Below, in pieces: positions 47,136-56,175 of a stretch of DNA of 64,000 nucleotides (position 1 is the stretch's first letter; each line of letters begins with the position of its first letter). The notes under the pieces are model-generated. The model searched no databases. It saw only the letters and a program-made list of their open reading frames with translations, and had not been told where the DNA came from. The stretch lies in contig PAMC01000018.1 of assembly GCA_002710785.1 (NCBI GenBank), forward strand, positions 10,515-74,514. Direction: 5' to 3'. Source of the DNA: a bacterium. Lineage in GTDB: Bacteria; Patescibacteriota; Minisyncoccia; Phycocordibacterales; UBA918. The translations under genes and the position numbers were made by a program.

Positions 47136-48068
47136 ATGGCATGGATACTACTGGCCACGACCGGGCAGTTTGTTAACGCCGTGGTCGCCATTCTAGATAA
47201 GTACATTGTCTCTGACGAGCAGGCTTTACCACGGCCGTTTGTGTACGCGTTTTACTCGTGTCTCATTACTGGCGGGTGGATTGGTATTTACGCCCTCGGC
47301 CTCTTGCCAGGCTTAGCAGGGCTTGGGGTGCCGCAGCTTGGGAACGTGCAGACCCCGAGCATTCAGGTGGTTGGTATGTCGTTTTTGGCTGGCTACACCT
47401 TCTTCATGGCGCTGGTGTCGATGTACACTAGTCTCAAACAGGCTGATGCGTCTGACGTGATGCCGGTTATTGGCGCCATCTCTGCTATTGCGACGTTTGG
47501 TATGTCGTACCTCTTTTTGGGCGGTAGCTTCACAACCAATTTTATCTGGGGCATCGTACTCCTCTCGATCGGTACTTTTTTGGTGTCTGAAATGCGGCTC
47601 AACCGCGGGGTGATCATGCACGCGCTCCATAGCGGCGTTTTCTTTGCGCTCCACTACATTACCCTCAAAGGCCTCTTCGAGGAAACCTCTTTTGATGACG
47701 GTTTCTTTTGGTCTCGCGTGGGGTTTGTCTTGTTTGCACTCTCATTGCTTTTGGTGCCGTCGTACTGGGACAAAATTAAGGAACAAACCAAACAGACATC
47801 CAAGCGTGGTGGCGTGCTTGTCTTGGGTGCCAAGGTGTTGGCAGGTATCGCGGCCTTTATGCTCCTTAAAGCCACTGACTGGGGTGATGTCGCAGTGGTG
47901 CAGGCGCTCGATGGCCTGAAGTTTGTATTCATTATTGCGCTCTCACTGCTCTTTGGTCGCTTTATTCCGTACACGGCCGGCGAGAACGACTTCAGTACCG
48001 TCACCATTGTGCGTAAGACATCGTACGTCATTATCATCAGCATCGGCTTCGCCTTCTTGTTTGTATGA
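47136..48068 (+). CDS. EamA/DMT-like membrane protein
   Basis: ~10 TMs, 'LDKY' N-terminal motif. Confidence 0.65.
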   Translation: MAWILLATTGQFVNAVVAILDKYIVSDEQALPRPFVYAFYSCLITGGWIGIYALGLLPGLAGLGVPQLGNVQTPSIQVVGMSFLAGYTFFMALVSMYTSLKQADASDVMPVIGAISAIATFGMSYLFLGGSFTTNFIWGIVLLSIGTFLVSEMRLNRGVIMHALHSGVFFALHYITLKGLFEETSFDDGFFWSRVGFVLFALSLLLVPSYWDKIKEQTKQTSKRGGVLVLGAKVLAGIAAFMLLKATDWGDVAVVQALDGLKFVFIIALSLLFGRFIPYTAGENDFSTVTIVRKTSYVIIISIGFAFLFV

Positions 48069-49087
48069 TGTTTGCTAAACGCTGGACTTGGTGGAAAAAA
48101 CTAATCGCCGCGCTCCTTGGCGGCGGTGCGCTGCTGGCGGGGTTGGTAGCGTGGTTGGCCCACAAGCCAGCACCTACTGAGATTACCTACGGCATGTCGT
48201 TTAACACTCCATACGCTCGCGAGCTGGGGCTCGACTGGCAAGAAGTCTACGACGCCTTTTTAGATGACCTGGGTGTACGCCACCTGCGCTTGGCTGCACA
48301 TTGGCCGATGGTGGAACCGCGCGACGATATTTACAACTTTACCGAACTCGATTACCAAATTGCCCGTGCCGAAGAGGTGGGAGCTGAGGTGGTGTTTGCG
48401 GTTGGCCGCCGGCTGCCCCGGTGGCCGGAGTGTCACATTCCCGCTTGGGCAGCAGACTTGCGTTGGGAGGAGCAGCAAGCAGAAATTCTCGAGTACATCG
48501 AGGTTGTGATGCGACGCTACCAAGACAGCCCAGCCATTACCTACTGGCAAGCTGAGAACGAGCCATTCTTAGAAATTTTTGCCTTTGAGCACTGCGGCGA
48601 AACCGACGAGGCGTTCTTGAGAGAGGAAGTCGCCCTTATGCGCAGCCTCGACGACACACGTCCGATCTTAGTGACCGACAGTGGCAATCTCGGTACGTGG
48701 GCTGGCGCGTGGCGCAACGGTGACGCGTTTGGCACCAGCGTGTACGTCCATTTTTGGAACCCAGAGCTCGGGCAGTTTCGTACAATCTTGCCACCCTGGT
48801 TTTACCGGGTGAAGGAGCGGGTTATGGCACTGCGTTACGGCGAACAAGAGACTATGCTGATCGAGCTCTCGGCTGAGCCATGGCTCATTGCGCCAATCAC
48901 CGAAGTTGATGTCGAAACGCAGTTCTCGCGTATGAACCTGGAGAAATTTGAGGATATTCTTAACTACGCCAAGGCAACGCACTTTGAAAAGCAGTACCTC
49001 TGGGGTGCTGAGTGGTGGTACTGGCTCATTGATAAAGGCCACCCTGAATTATGGGAGCGCGGAAAGGAGCTCTTTGCGGTAGAATAG
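48065..49087 (+). CDS. Membrane-anchored clan GH-A glycoside hydrolase
   Basis: 'W..VEP', 'ENEP' acid/base, 'EL.AEPW', 'LWGAEWW'. Confidence 0.75.
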   Translation: MMFAKRWTWWKKLIAALLGGGALLAGLVAWLAHKPAPTEITYGMSFNTPYARELGLDWQEVYDAFLDDLGVRHLRLAAHWPMVEPRDDIYNFTELDYQIARAEEVGAEVVFAVGRRLPRWPECHIPAWAADLRWEEQQAEILEYIEVVMRRYQDSPAITYWQAENEPFLEIFAFEHCGETDEAFLREEVALMRSLDDTRPILVTDSGNLGTWAGAWRNGDAFGTSVYVHFWNPELGQFRTILPPWFYRVKERVMALRYGEQETMLIELSAEPWLIAPITEVDVETQFSRMNLEKFEDILNYAKATHFEKQYLWGAEWWYWLIDKGHPELWERGKELFAVE

Positions 49088-49091
49088 TGAT

Positions 49092-49265
49092 ATGACCCGC
49101 TTCATTTTCAGTTGGTTTTTCATTCGTAACTGGCACACCGGCGAGCACGAGCTGTCGCGACCGCGTGTGGCGTTAGCTGCCGCTGCATTGTTTTTACTCC
49201 TCTTGGCATTTTTGATGATCGCCATTTTACAATCACCGATTGAATACGTTGCCATGGTTGGTTAG
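49092..49265 (+). CDS. Small membrane protein, 57 aa, not in ORF track
   Basis: MTRFIFSWFFIRNWHTGEHELSRPRVALAAAALFLLLLAFLMIAILQSPIEYVAMVG fills the intergenic gap. Confidence 0.55.
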   Translation: MTRFIFSWFFIRNWHTGEHELSRPRVALAAAALFLLLLAFLMIAILQSPIEYVAMVG

Positions 49266-49275
49266 GAATATTGGT

Positions 49276-49713
49276 ATGAAAAAATTCATCATCGGCGGTT
49301 TGATTGGAATGCTCGTAGCGCTCGTAATGGTCGTGGTGGTGTGGCTCTTCCTACAAGACTTTTTCTTGGTCAAACAGTCAGCCCCGGTACTTGAGCCACC
49401 AGCGACAACCTCAACAGAAACCTCGGCACCGAGCAGCTCGCCCGCTCCGACCTCAGCTGCCGCTGACACCGCTACGCCAGCAGTCGAGCCTGACACTACG
49501 CCAGGAGTCCCCGCCGCAGACCTGCCACTTAGCGAAGGACAGCGAGCCTTGGCAGAATCACTCGGTCTCGATGTTGATCAGATTGTCATCAGCGAGGAAT
49601 TGGTGACGTGCGCGCGCGAGAAACTCGGCGAGAGCCGCTACCAGCAAATCTTGGCTGGCGACACACCAAATTTTCTTGAAACAGCAAAATTGTTGCCGTG
49701 TTTAGGTCAGTAA
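49276..49713 (+). CDS. Membrane-anchored hypothetical protein
   Basis: N-terminal TM, S/T/P linker, C-terminal Cys pair. Confidence 0.6.
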   Translation: MKKFIIGGLIGMLVALVMVVVVWLFLQDFFLVKQSAPVLEPPATTSTETSAPSSSPAPTSAAADTATPAVEPDTTPGVPAADLPLSEGQRALAESLGLDVDQIVISEELVTCAREKLGESRYQQILAGDTPNFLETAKLLPCLGQ

Positions 49714-49747
49714 CCTGTGCTACTATGTACTCATAATTTAATCCTGT

Positions 49748-50503
49748 ATGTCAATTTTTGCCCGCTTTCAAAGTATTGAAGAGAATGACAAAGCCGCCGT
49801 GGTGCGCAAATTAATGGAAAACAGCACGCCCGACTTCGACTTCTTCTACATCACTGGCCTCGCCGTCTTAATGGCCACCTTCGGCCTCTTGGCAGATAGC
49901 CCGTCGATTGTTATCGGCAGCATGCTGATTGCGCCGGTCCTCTACCCGATTTTAGGCGTTGCGCTCGGCCTGGTTATGAGTAACCCGAGTGTGCTTGGAC
50001 GCTCAACTGTTACGCTCACGAAGTCGTTTGCGATTGGGGTTGGTTTGGCCACGATTGCGACGGTGCTGTTTAACGAGTCGAGTGTTGCTACGAGCGAGGT
50101 GTTGGCACGCACCGAACCGAGCTTGCTGTACTTCCTGGTAGCGATTGTAGCCGGGGCAGCGGTCTCGTTTACCCTCGGCCAGCCTGAGTGGAGCGAAACC
50201 CTGCCCGGCATTGCTATCTCGGTTGCACTCATCCCACCGCTCGCGGTAGTGGGTATCGGTCTGGCGACGCTCGACATCGAGATTGTGAGCGGCTCACTTG
50301 TGCTGCTAGGCCTTAACTTTGCTGGTATCGTCTTTTCAGCCATGGTGACTTTCTCTCTCATGAACCTCTACGAAAAGCAGCACATTGCTGAGTCGACCAT
50401 TAAGAAGGTCGACGAGCGGCTAGAGCGCGAAGAAGAAGCCATCGCTGCTGCTGAAGAAGCCCTTGAAGAGAAGGTAAACGGAACCGGCAAGCCGGTAGTG
50501 TAG
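49748..50503 (+). CDS. DUF389/TIGR00341-like membrane protein
   Basis: 'IVIGSMLIAP', 'PGIAISVALIPPL'. Confidence 0.85.
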   Translation: MSIFARFQSIEENDKAAVVRKLMENSTPDFDFFYITGLAVLMATFGLLADSPSIVIGSMLIAPVLYPILGVALGLVMSNPSVLGRSTVTLTKSFAIGVGLATIATVLFNESSVATSEVLARTEPSLLYFLVAIVAGAAVSFTLGQPEWSETLPGIAISVALIPPLAVVGIGLATLDIEIVSGSLVLLGLNFAGIVFSAMVTFSLMNLYEKQHIAESTIKKVDERLEREEEAIAAAEEALEEKVNGTGKPVV

Positions 50504-50507
50504 CCCT

Positions 50508-51614
50508 ATGCGAGCACGCAGCTTCATTGTATTGGCACTGCTTTTGGCACCAATGGCGTCACAGGCAGAGACTGTCGTGCGGATAGCTGAGTCGGTGCTG
50601 GTGGCACCCGATCAGCAAGTGGAGAATGATTTCTATGCAGCGGCGTCCAATATTACGCAGACCGGCTCTGTAGCTGGTGATATGTACGCAGCGGCAGGCG
50701 AAGTAACGGTTAAAGGTCCCATCGAGACTGACCTCACCATTTTTGCCGGCCGAGCAGCTATTGATGCTGCCGTGGGTGATGATGTGCGTCTCGCAGTGGG
50801 CGAGGCAACAATTTCGGGAGATGTTGGTGGCGATGTATTTGTGTTGGGTGGCAGCCTTACTATTTTGCCCACAGCAAGCGTGTCTGGCGACGTGTACGTT
50901 TTTGGTGGCGAGGCAGAAATCGCTGGAGCCGTCGCGGGCTCGGTACGTGGTCGTGTTGAGCAGCTACGTATCGATACTACAGTTGGCGGGGGAGTTGACG
51001 TGGTGGCTCGTCAGCGCCTGACGCTTGGTAGCCGCACCGAAGTGGCTGGCGATGTGCAGTACCGCTCACAGCGTGAGCTCGTTCGCGCTCCCGAAGCAGT
51101 TATTAACGGTTCGGTACTGGCTAATGACTTACCCGCTGAGACCGACGAACCAAGCCTGGCTACGCAACTTCTGCCGAGCCTGATTATGCTCTTCGGCAGC
51201 CTCGTGTTGTACCTTCTGGCCCGCGACTTTATGACGGCCGTCGTCACACATTCACTCACACACCCGCTCCGCGTGAGCTTTATTGGGATTTTACTCAGTC
51301 TAGTCGCCCCTGCGCTCGCCATTCTGTTAATGGTCACCGTGCTTGGTTTAGTTGTTGGTATCGGTACGTTGGGAGCGTTTATCGTCGTACTCGCTCTAAG
51401 CTACAGCGTGGCGCCGATGGTGCTCGGCGTGTTGATGTGGCGCCTCTTTGGCGGCACACCGGTACTGCAACCATTTGCCATTCTGGTTGGTGTGTGTGCG
51501 TTGCAGCTTTTGCTGCTTATCCCGACACTCGGAACGCTTATCGCTTTGTCCTTGAGCCTCATCGCTGCTGGTTCCCTTGCTGAAATCACGGTTAAGCGTC
51601 TCATGGCTTGCTAA
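50508..51614 (+). CDS. Bactofilin-like beta-helix repeat membrane protein
   Basis: Repeated 'G.V.GD' motifs followed by multiple TMs. Confidence 0.7.
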   Translation: MRARSFIVLALLLAPMASQAETVVRIAESVLVAPDQQVENDFYAAASNITQTGSVAGDMYAAAGEVTVKGPIETDLTIFAGRAAIDAAVGDDVRLAVGEATISGDVGGDVFVLGGSLTILPTASVSGDVYVFGGEAEIAGAVAGSVRGRVEQLRIDTTVGGGVDVVARQRLTLGSRTEVAGDVQYRSQRELVRAPEAVINGSVLANDLPAETDEPSLATQLLPSLIMLFGSLVLYLLARDFMTAVVTHSLTHPLRVSFIGILLSLVAPALAILLMVTVLGLVVGIGTLGAFIVVLALSYSVAPMVLGVLMWRLFGGTPVLQPFAILVGVCALQLLLLIPTLGTLIALSLSLIAAGSLAEITVKRLMAC

Positions 51615-51656
51615 GCCGAGACTGGAGCTTTTAGCAATCGATGGTACACTTAGGCG

Positions 51657-52343
51657 ATGCAGCAAAAGGTGGCTTTTTTAGATATTGATGGCACGGTCTT
51701 TCGCTCCAGCCTACTGATTGAGCTCGTTGAAGCACTAATCGAGAAAGAGCTGTTTCCAGAATCAGCTCGCAACGGTTACGAAAAGCAGTACCACGCCTGG
51801 CACAACCGCGAGGGTACGTACGAAGCCTACATCAACGCGATGGTGAAGGTGTTTATGCAAAATATTAAAGGCGTGCACTACGGCGATTTTGCCGACACGG
51901 GCCGTGCGGTTGTTGAGGCTAACCAAAAGCGAATTTACCGCTATACTCGAGACTTGATTGGCAAGCTCAAGAAGCAAAACTACTACGTGGTCGCTATCTC
52001 GCAGTCGCCAAAAACCATTCTCGATGAGTTCTGCAACGATTACGGTTTTGATAAGGTCTACGGTCGCATGTACGAAATTGGTCCGACCGATAAGTTTACC
52101 GGTGAGGTGAGTGACGAAGAGGTAATCGCCAATAAAGCCAATGTCATAAAGCGTGTTTTAGAAGATGAAGACTTCACCATCGATAACTCGGTGGCCGTGG
52201 GAGATACCGAGAGTGACATTCCCATGCTCGATATGGTTGCGATGCCAATTTGCTTTAACCCTAACAACACACTGTTTCAGCATGCGAAGCGGATGGGGTG
52301 GAAGGTGGTCGTCGAGCGCAAAGACGTCATTTATGAGCTTTAG
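51657..52343 (+). CDS. HAD-IB family hydrolase
   Basis: 'DIDGT', 'GDTESD', 'NP'. Confidence 0.88.
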   Translation: MQQKVAFLDIDGTVFRSSLLIELVEALIEKELFPESARNGYEKQYHAWHNREGTYEAYINAMVKVFMQNIKGVHYGDFADTGRAVVEANQKRIYRYTRDLIGKLKKQNYYVVAISQSPKTILDEFCNDYGFDKVYGRMYEIGPTDKFTGEVSDEEVIANKANVIKRVLEDEDFTIDNSVAVGDTESDIPMLDMVAMPICFNPNNTLFQHAKRMGWKVVVERKDVIYEL

Positions 52344-52488
52344 CTATAACGAATCTGCTGCGTTGTGCTGCGGTAAAACCTCAGTCGCCGTATAAGAAAT
52401 ACGTCTTCTTCGGTTTTCCTGGCACGCCTTGCATCTCCGTCATCCTAAAGCTCATAAATTGCAGGAGTTGAAACCTAACGATTTTGGT

Positions 52489-52713
52489 ATGGACAAAAAA
52501 CTCACTCGAGACTTTGAAAACAAAATGATCGCCGGCGTGGTAGCTGGCTTGGCTAAGTACTTTGAGCACGATGTTACCTTGTGGCGGTTGGCGGTGGTGC
52601 TTGGGTTTGTCCTAACCGGTATTATGCCCGGCCTCCTGCTCTACATCATTGCCTGGATTATTATGCCCACTGACGACGGCGTTAGAGACGTAGAGTATGT
52701 CGTCAACGAGTAG
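52489..52713 (+). CDS. PspC domain protein
   Basis: 'KMIAGV.AGLA.YF..D..L.RL', 'YIIAWIIMP'. Confidence 0.88.
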   Translation: MDKKLTRDFENKMIAGVVAGLAKYFEHDVTLWRLAVVLGFVLTGIMPGLLLYIIAWIIMPTDDGVRDVEYVVNE

Positions 52714-54082
52714 TGTAGACGAGCGAAGAGTTAGGGTGCTTAACGATGCGCCAGCGGGAGCTGGACCAGTTGTCTACGTCATGGCGCGCGAGCAGCGTGT
52801 CTGCGACAACTGGGCGCTCCTCTACGCAGCCGAGCAAGCAAAGAAGCGGCAGGCGCCACTCTTGGTGCTATTTGCCCTCGGGCCAATGTTTAATGAGGGC
52901 AGCCGCCGCCACAACGACTGGATGGTTGTGTCACTTAAGGAGGTCGAGAAAAACCTGGCGGCAAAACATATTCCGTTTTACATTGAGCTGGGTGAGTGGA
53001 CAGACGTTATCCCGGCTTTTGCGGCTGCGCACCACGTAGGGGAGGTGGTGTTTGATTTTAATCCACTGCAGCCGGTACGTGCCTGGCGCAATGCTGCGAG
53101 CGCGGTCCTCGCTATGCGAACCGTGGAGGTTGATGCCCGTAACATTATCCCGTGCTGGCAGGCCAGCGATAAAGCTGAATTTGCCGCGTACACGTTTCGG
53201 CCCAAGGTGCATCGCCAGCTCAGCGAATTTCTTACCAACTTTCCGCCTCTTAGTGCGGCGTCGCCTCCGTACAACGGACCAACCTCTACGCACGATTGGA
53301 GTGTGGTCGCTGCATACCGCAACGTGAGTGTTGAGGCTCCGCTGCCTGCATGGATCGCGCCTGGAGAGGCTGCGGCTCAAGCGATGCTCACGCAGTTTCT
53401 AAACGAACGCTTGGCAGGCTACGCGGCGCGCCGCAACGACCCTAATGAGCAAGCGCTCTCAAATCTCTCGCCGTATTTACGCTGGGGCAACATTAGTGCA
53501 CAGCGAGTGGCGCTAGCCGTCGAGGCGGTGCGTGGTGTACCACGAGACGACAAAGAAGCCTTTTTTGAAGAGCTCATCGTGCGACGTGAGCTCTCCGATA
53601 ATTTTGTCTACTACACCAAAGCGTACGACACGCTCGAAGGCGCACACCAGTGGGCGCAGACCACGCTCAGCGAACACGATAAGGATGAGCGCGAATATAC
53701 GTACACACTTGAGCAATTTGAACAGGCCAAGACCCACGACGAGCTTTGGAATGCCATGCAGGTACAGATGGTACAAGAGGGGAAGATGCACGGCTGGTGC
53801 CGGATGTACTGGGCGAAGAAGATTTTGGAGTGGACAGCTTCACCGCAGGAAGCGATCACTATTGCGCTGACGTTAAACGACCGCTACCAACTCGACGGCC
53901 GCGACAGTAACGGGGTGGTTGGGGTTATGTGGTCAATCGCGGGCGTGCATGATCGAGCTTGGACGGAGCGACCAGTTTTTGGCAAAATCCGCTACATGAA
54001 TTTCAATGGCGCCAAACGCAAGTTTGATGTTGCTGCATACATCGAGCGGTACACTGATACCAACACGTTGTTTGATGCATAA
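52697..54082 (+). CDS. Class II CPD photolyase
   Basis: 'R..DNWAL', 'LSPYL', 'EELIVRRELSDNF', 'RMYWAKKILEW', 'FGKIRYMN'. Confidence 0.92.
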   Translation: MSSTSSVDERRVRVLNDAPAGAGPVVYVMAREQRVCDNWALLYAAEQAKKRQAPLLVLFALGPMFNEGSRRHNDWMVVSLKEVEKNLAAKHIPFYIELGEWTDVIPAFAAAHHVGEVVFDFNPLQPVRAWRNAASAVLAMRTVEVDARNIIPCWQASDKAEFAAYTFRPKVHRQLSEFLTNFPPLSAASPPYNGPTSTHDWSVVAAYRNVSVEAPLPAWIAPGEAAAQAMLTQFLNERLAGYAARRNDPNEQALSNLSPYLRWGNISAQRVALAVEAVRGVPRDDKEAFFEELIVRRELSDNFVYYTKAYDTLEGAHQWAQTTLSEHDKDEREYTYTLEQFEQAKTHDELWNAMQVQMVQEGKMHGWCRMYWAKKILEWTASPQEAITIALTLNDRYQLDGRDSNGVVGVMWSIAGVHDRAWTERPVFGKIRYMNFNGAKRKFDVAAYIERYTDTNTLFDA

Positions 54083-54893
54083 GAAAGACCAGCAGTTCAT
54101 AACTACGGTACACAACTACTACTGCGAGCACGGGCGGCATAGTTTGCTGTGGCGGAGAACGAACAACCCGTACCGGATTGTGGTGTCGGAGATAATGTTG
54201 CAGCAAACCCAAGTCGACCGAGTGGTTCCTAAGTACCGAGCATTTTTGCGCCAGTTTCCCACCGCCAAAAAGCTCGCGACCGCGTCGTTAGCTGAGGTAA
54301 TAAAAGTGTGGCAGGGCCTGGGGTACAATCGCCGGGCTAAATTGCTCCAGCAGTGCGCGCAGGTGATTACTAATGAGTATGGTGGGCGCTGGCCTCAGAC
54401 GTACATCAAACTCACATCCCTGCCCGGCATCGGTCCGTACACGGCAGGAGCAGTCATGGCGTTTGCGTATAATCAGGCGGTACCACTCATTGAGACTAAT
54501 GTACGTACGGTCTACCTCCACCACTTCTTCCCAAACGACACCGACGTTACCGACAAATATATTCTTACCCTCGTGGAGCGGCACCTGCCGCACGTCGGCG
54601 ATGCGCGCGTCTGGTACGCAGCACTTATGGACTATGGCAGCTACCTTAAAAAGACACACGGCAACCCCAACAGTCGAGCTGCGGGCTACGTTAAACAATC
54701 AACGTTTAAAGGAAGTGACCGCGAAGTTCGCGGTGCGATCGTTCGTACACTTACACAAACGCCACAGAGTCGTACGCAGCTGCGGCAAGCGCTTAAGCAT
54801 CTCGATACAGTAAAAATTGACGCACAGCTCGAACGTCTCTTGGCCGAAGCCATGATTATCAAACAAGGGAGAGAGTACCAACTCTCCACCTAA
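54075..54893 (+). CDS. mutY: MutY-like A/G-specific adenine glycosylase (no Fe-S motif)
   Basis: 'VSEIMLQQTQV', 'GLGYNRRA', HhH 'LPGIGPYTA'. Confidence 0.85.
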   Translation: MHKKDQQFITTVHNYYCEHGRHSLLWRRTNNPYRIVVSEIMLQQTQVDRVVPKYRAFLRQFPTAKKLATASLAEVIKVWQGLGYNRRAKLLQQCAQVITNEYGGRWPQTYIKLTSLPGIGPYTAGAVMAFAYNQAVPLIETNVRTVYLHHFFPNDTDVTDKYILTLVERHLPHVGDARVWYAALMDYGSYLKKTHGNPNSRAAGYVKQSTFKGSDREVRGAIVRTLTQTPQSRTQLRQALKHLDTVKIDAQLERLLAEAMIIKQGREYQLST

Positions 54894-56098
54894 CGTGTGT
54901 CGTTGAGGGTGGTCGTTAAGAGCATGCCTGGTACGAGCGCAAAACCAAAGACTACAAAGATGAGGTTAAACGGCAGGTAGAGGAGCGCAGCGCTGCCAAC
55001 GAGCGAGCCGATCACCATCCCAAGCGGGCGCGTCAGTCGGAAGAAGCTAATTAAGTTAGCGTCGGTACCTTTGGTGTGTTTAAAGAAATAGCTTTCGGTA
55101 GTTACCTCTACCAGAGCAGCCCCCACACGGTTAATGAACATCAGCGCCACCCACGGCCAGATGGTGGTCGCACTGAGGAAGGTAATGCTGGCGGTGGTTA
55201 CAATCAGTAAGAGAAACCCGCTCGCCATTAGCTCTTTCTCTCCCCACGCACGGTCGGCGAGCCAGCCAATGGGCCACTCACATACCACGTACGCGAATAA
55301 CCCGAGACCAACGATGGTGCCAATTTTATCCCAGCTGAAGCCGATCTCGGTGGCCAGGTAAAGCGGTATGTAAATAATTGTCCACGCGAAGAACATTTGG
55401 AGTGAGAGGTGTGTCAAAAACGCGTTACGCATGTCACGGACGGCAAAAAATGTTTGCAACGTATGCATAATGCGCACCTCTTTGTACTTCGGATCCTTAA
55501 ACTGCCTGAAGTGCACCAACGTGAGTGTCATAAAGGCTACTCCTGCCACGCTCGCAGCGAGGTAGGTGCGGGTAAGGTTGGCGTCATTGTCACCCACCAA
55601 AAGCGCAACCAAAAGTGGTCCAGCCGCTCCGGCGAGACTCATGAGTGAGAGCGCTAAGCCGCGTCGGCTGCCGGTGCTGGCTTCGTTGTTACCGATCAGC
55701 GACTCCGAAAATACATCGAGCGACATGTAGAGTAGCGGGCTGGCAACCAAGAAAATCACAAAGAAGGTGATGATAAATGGTGTGAACGTGCTCGTACCCA
55801 TCACTAGTAGTGAGAAGAGTAGAATCGCCGCAATACTGAGGGTGAATTTGGTGTTGCCAACCTTCTTGAGAATGCGAGAGATAAACAGAAAAATCAGAAT
55901 CGAGAGACACGATCCGACGGTGTAGAGGAGACCAACCACCTCAGCGGTTGTAAACTGTTCGAGGTACGTAGAGTTACTGTAGGCAACCAAAAATGCCTGT
56001 AGGTTAATGAGAATCGACAGCACGTACACCAGGGCGTACCTGGGTGGCGCGTGGTGGCGTGAAAAGGGGTAGTGTCGCACAATCGACGGCATGAGCAC
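54890..56098 (-). CDS. MFS transporter
   Basis: ~12 TMs, 'GWLADRAWG'. Confidence 0.85.
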   Translation of the reverse strand: MLMPSIVRHYPFSRHHAPPRYALVYVLSILINLQAFLVAYSNSTYLEQFTTAEVVGLLYTVGSCLSILIFLFISRILKKVGNTKFTLSIAAILLFSLLVMGTSTFTPFIITFFVIFLVASPLLYMSLDVFSESLIGNNEASTGSRRGLALSLMSLAGAAGPLLVALLVGDNDANLTRTYLAASVAGVAFMTLTLVHFRQFKDPKYKEVRIMHTLQTFFAVRDMRNAFLTHLSLQMFFAWTIIYIPLYLATEIGFSWDKIGTIVGLGLFAYVVCEWPIGWLADRAWGEKELMASGFLLLIVTTASITFLSATTIWPWVALMFINRVGAALVEVTTESYFFKHTKGTDANLISFFRLTRPLGMVIGSLVGSAALLYLPFNLIFVVFGFALVPGMLLTTTLNDTR

Positions 56099-56140
56099 AT
56101 TGTAGCAGTCACGGTCAGGTGCTGTTTTTTAATACGTTAA

Positions 56141-56172
56141 CAAACCACCCCAGCGAAAGCTGGGGTGGTTTG
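56141..56172. terminator. 14-bp hairpin after rnj (CAAACCACC family)
   Basis: CAAACCACCCCAGC-GAAA-GCTGGGGTGGTTTG. Confidence 0.7.
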
Positions 56173-56175
56173 CGA

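Noticed and set aside
43975-56172. CAAACCACC...GGTGGTTTG hairpins as a REP family
   Set aside because: Only two copies, both directly after stop codons; adequately explained as terminators
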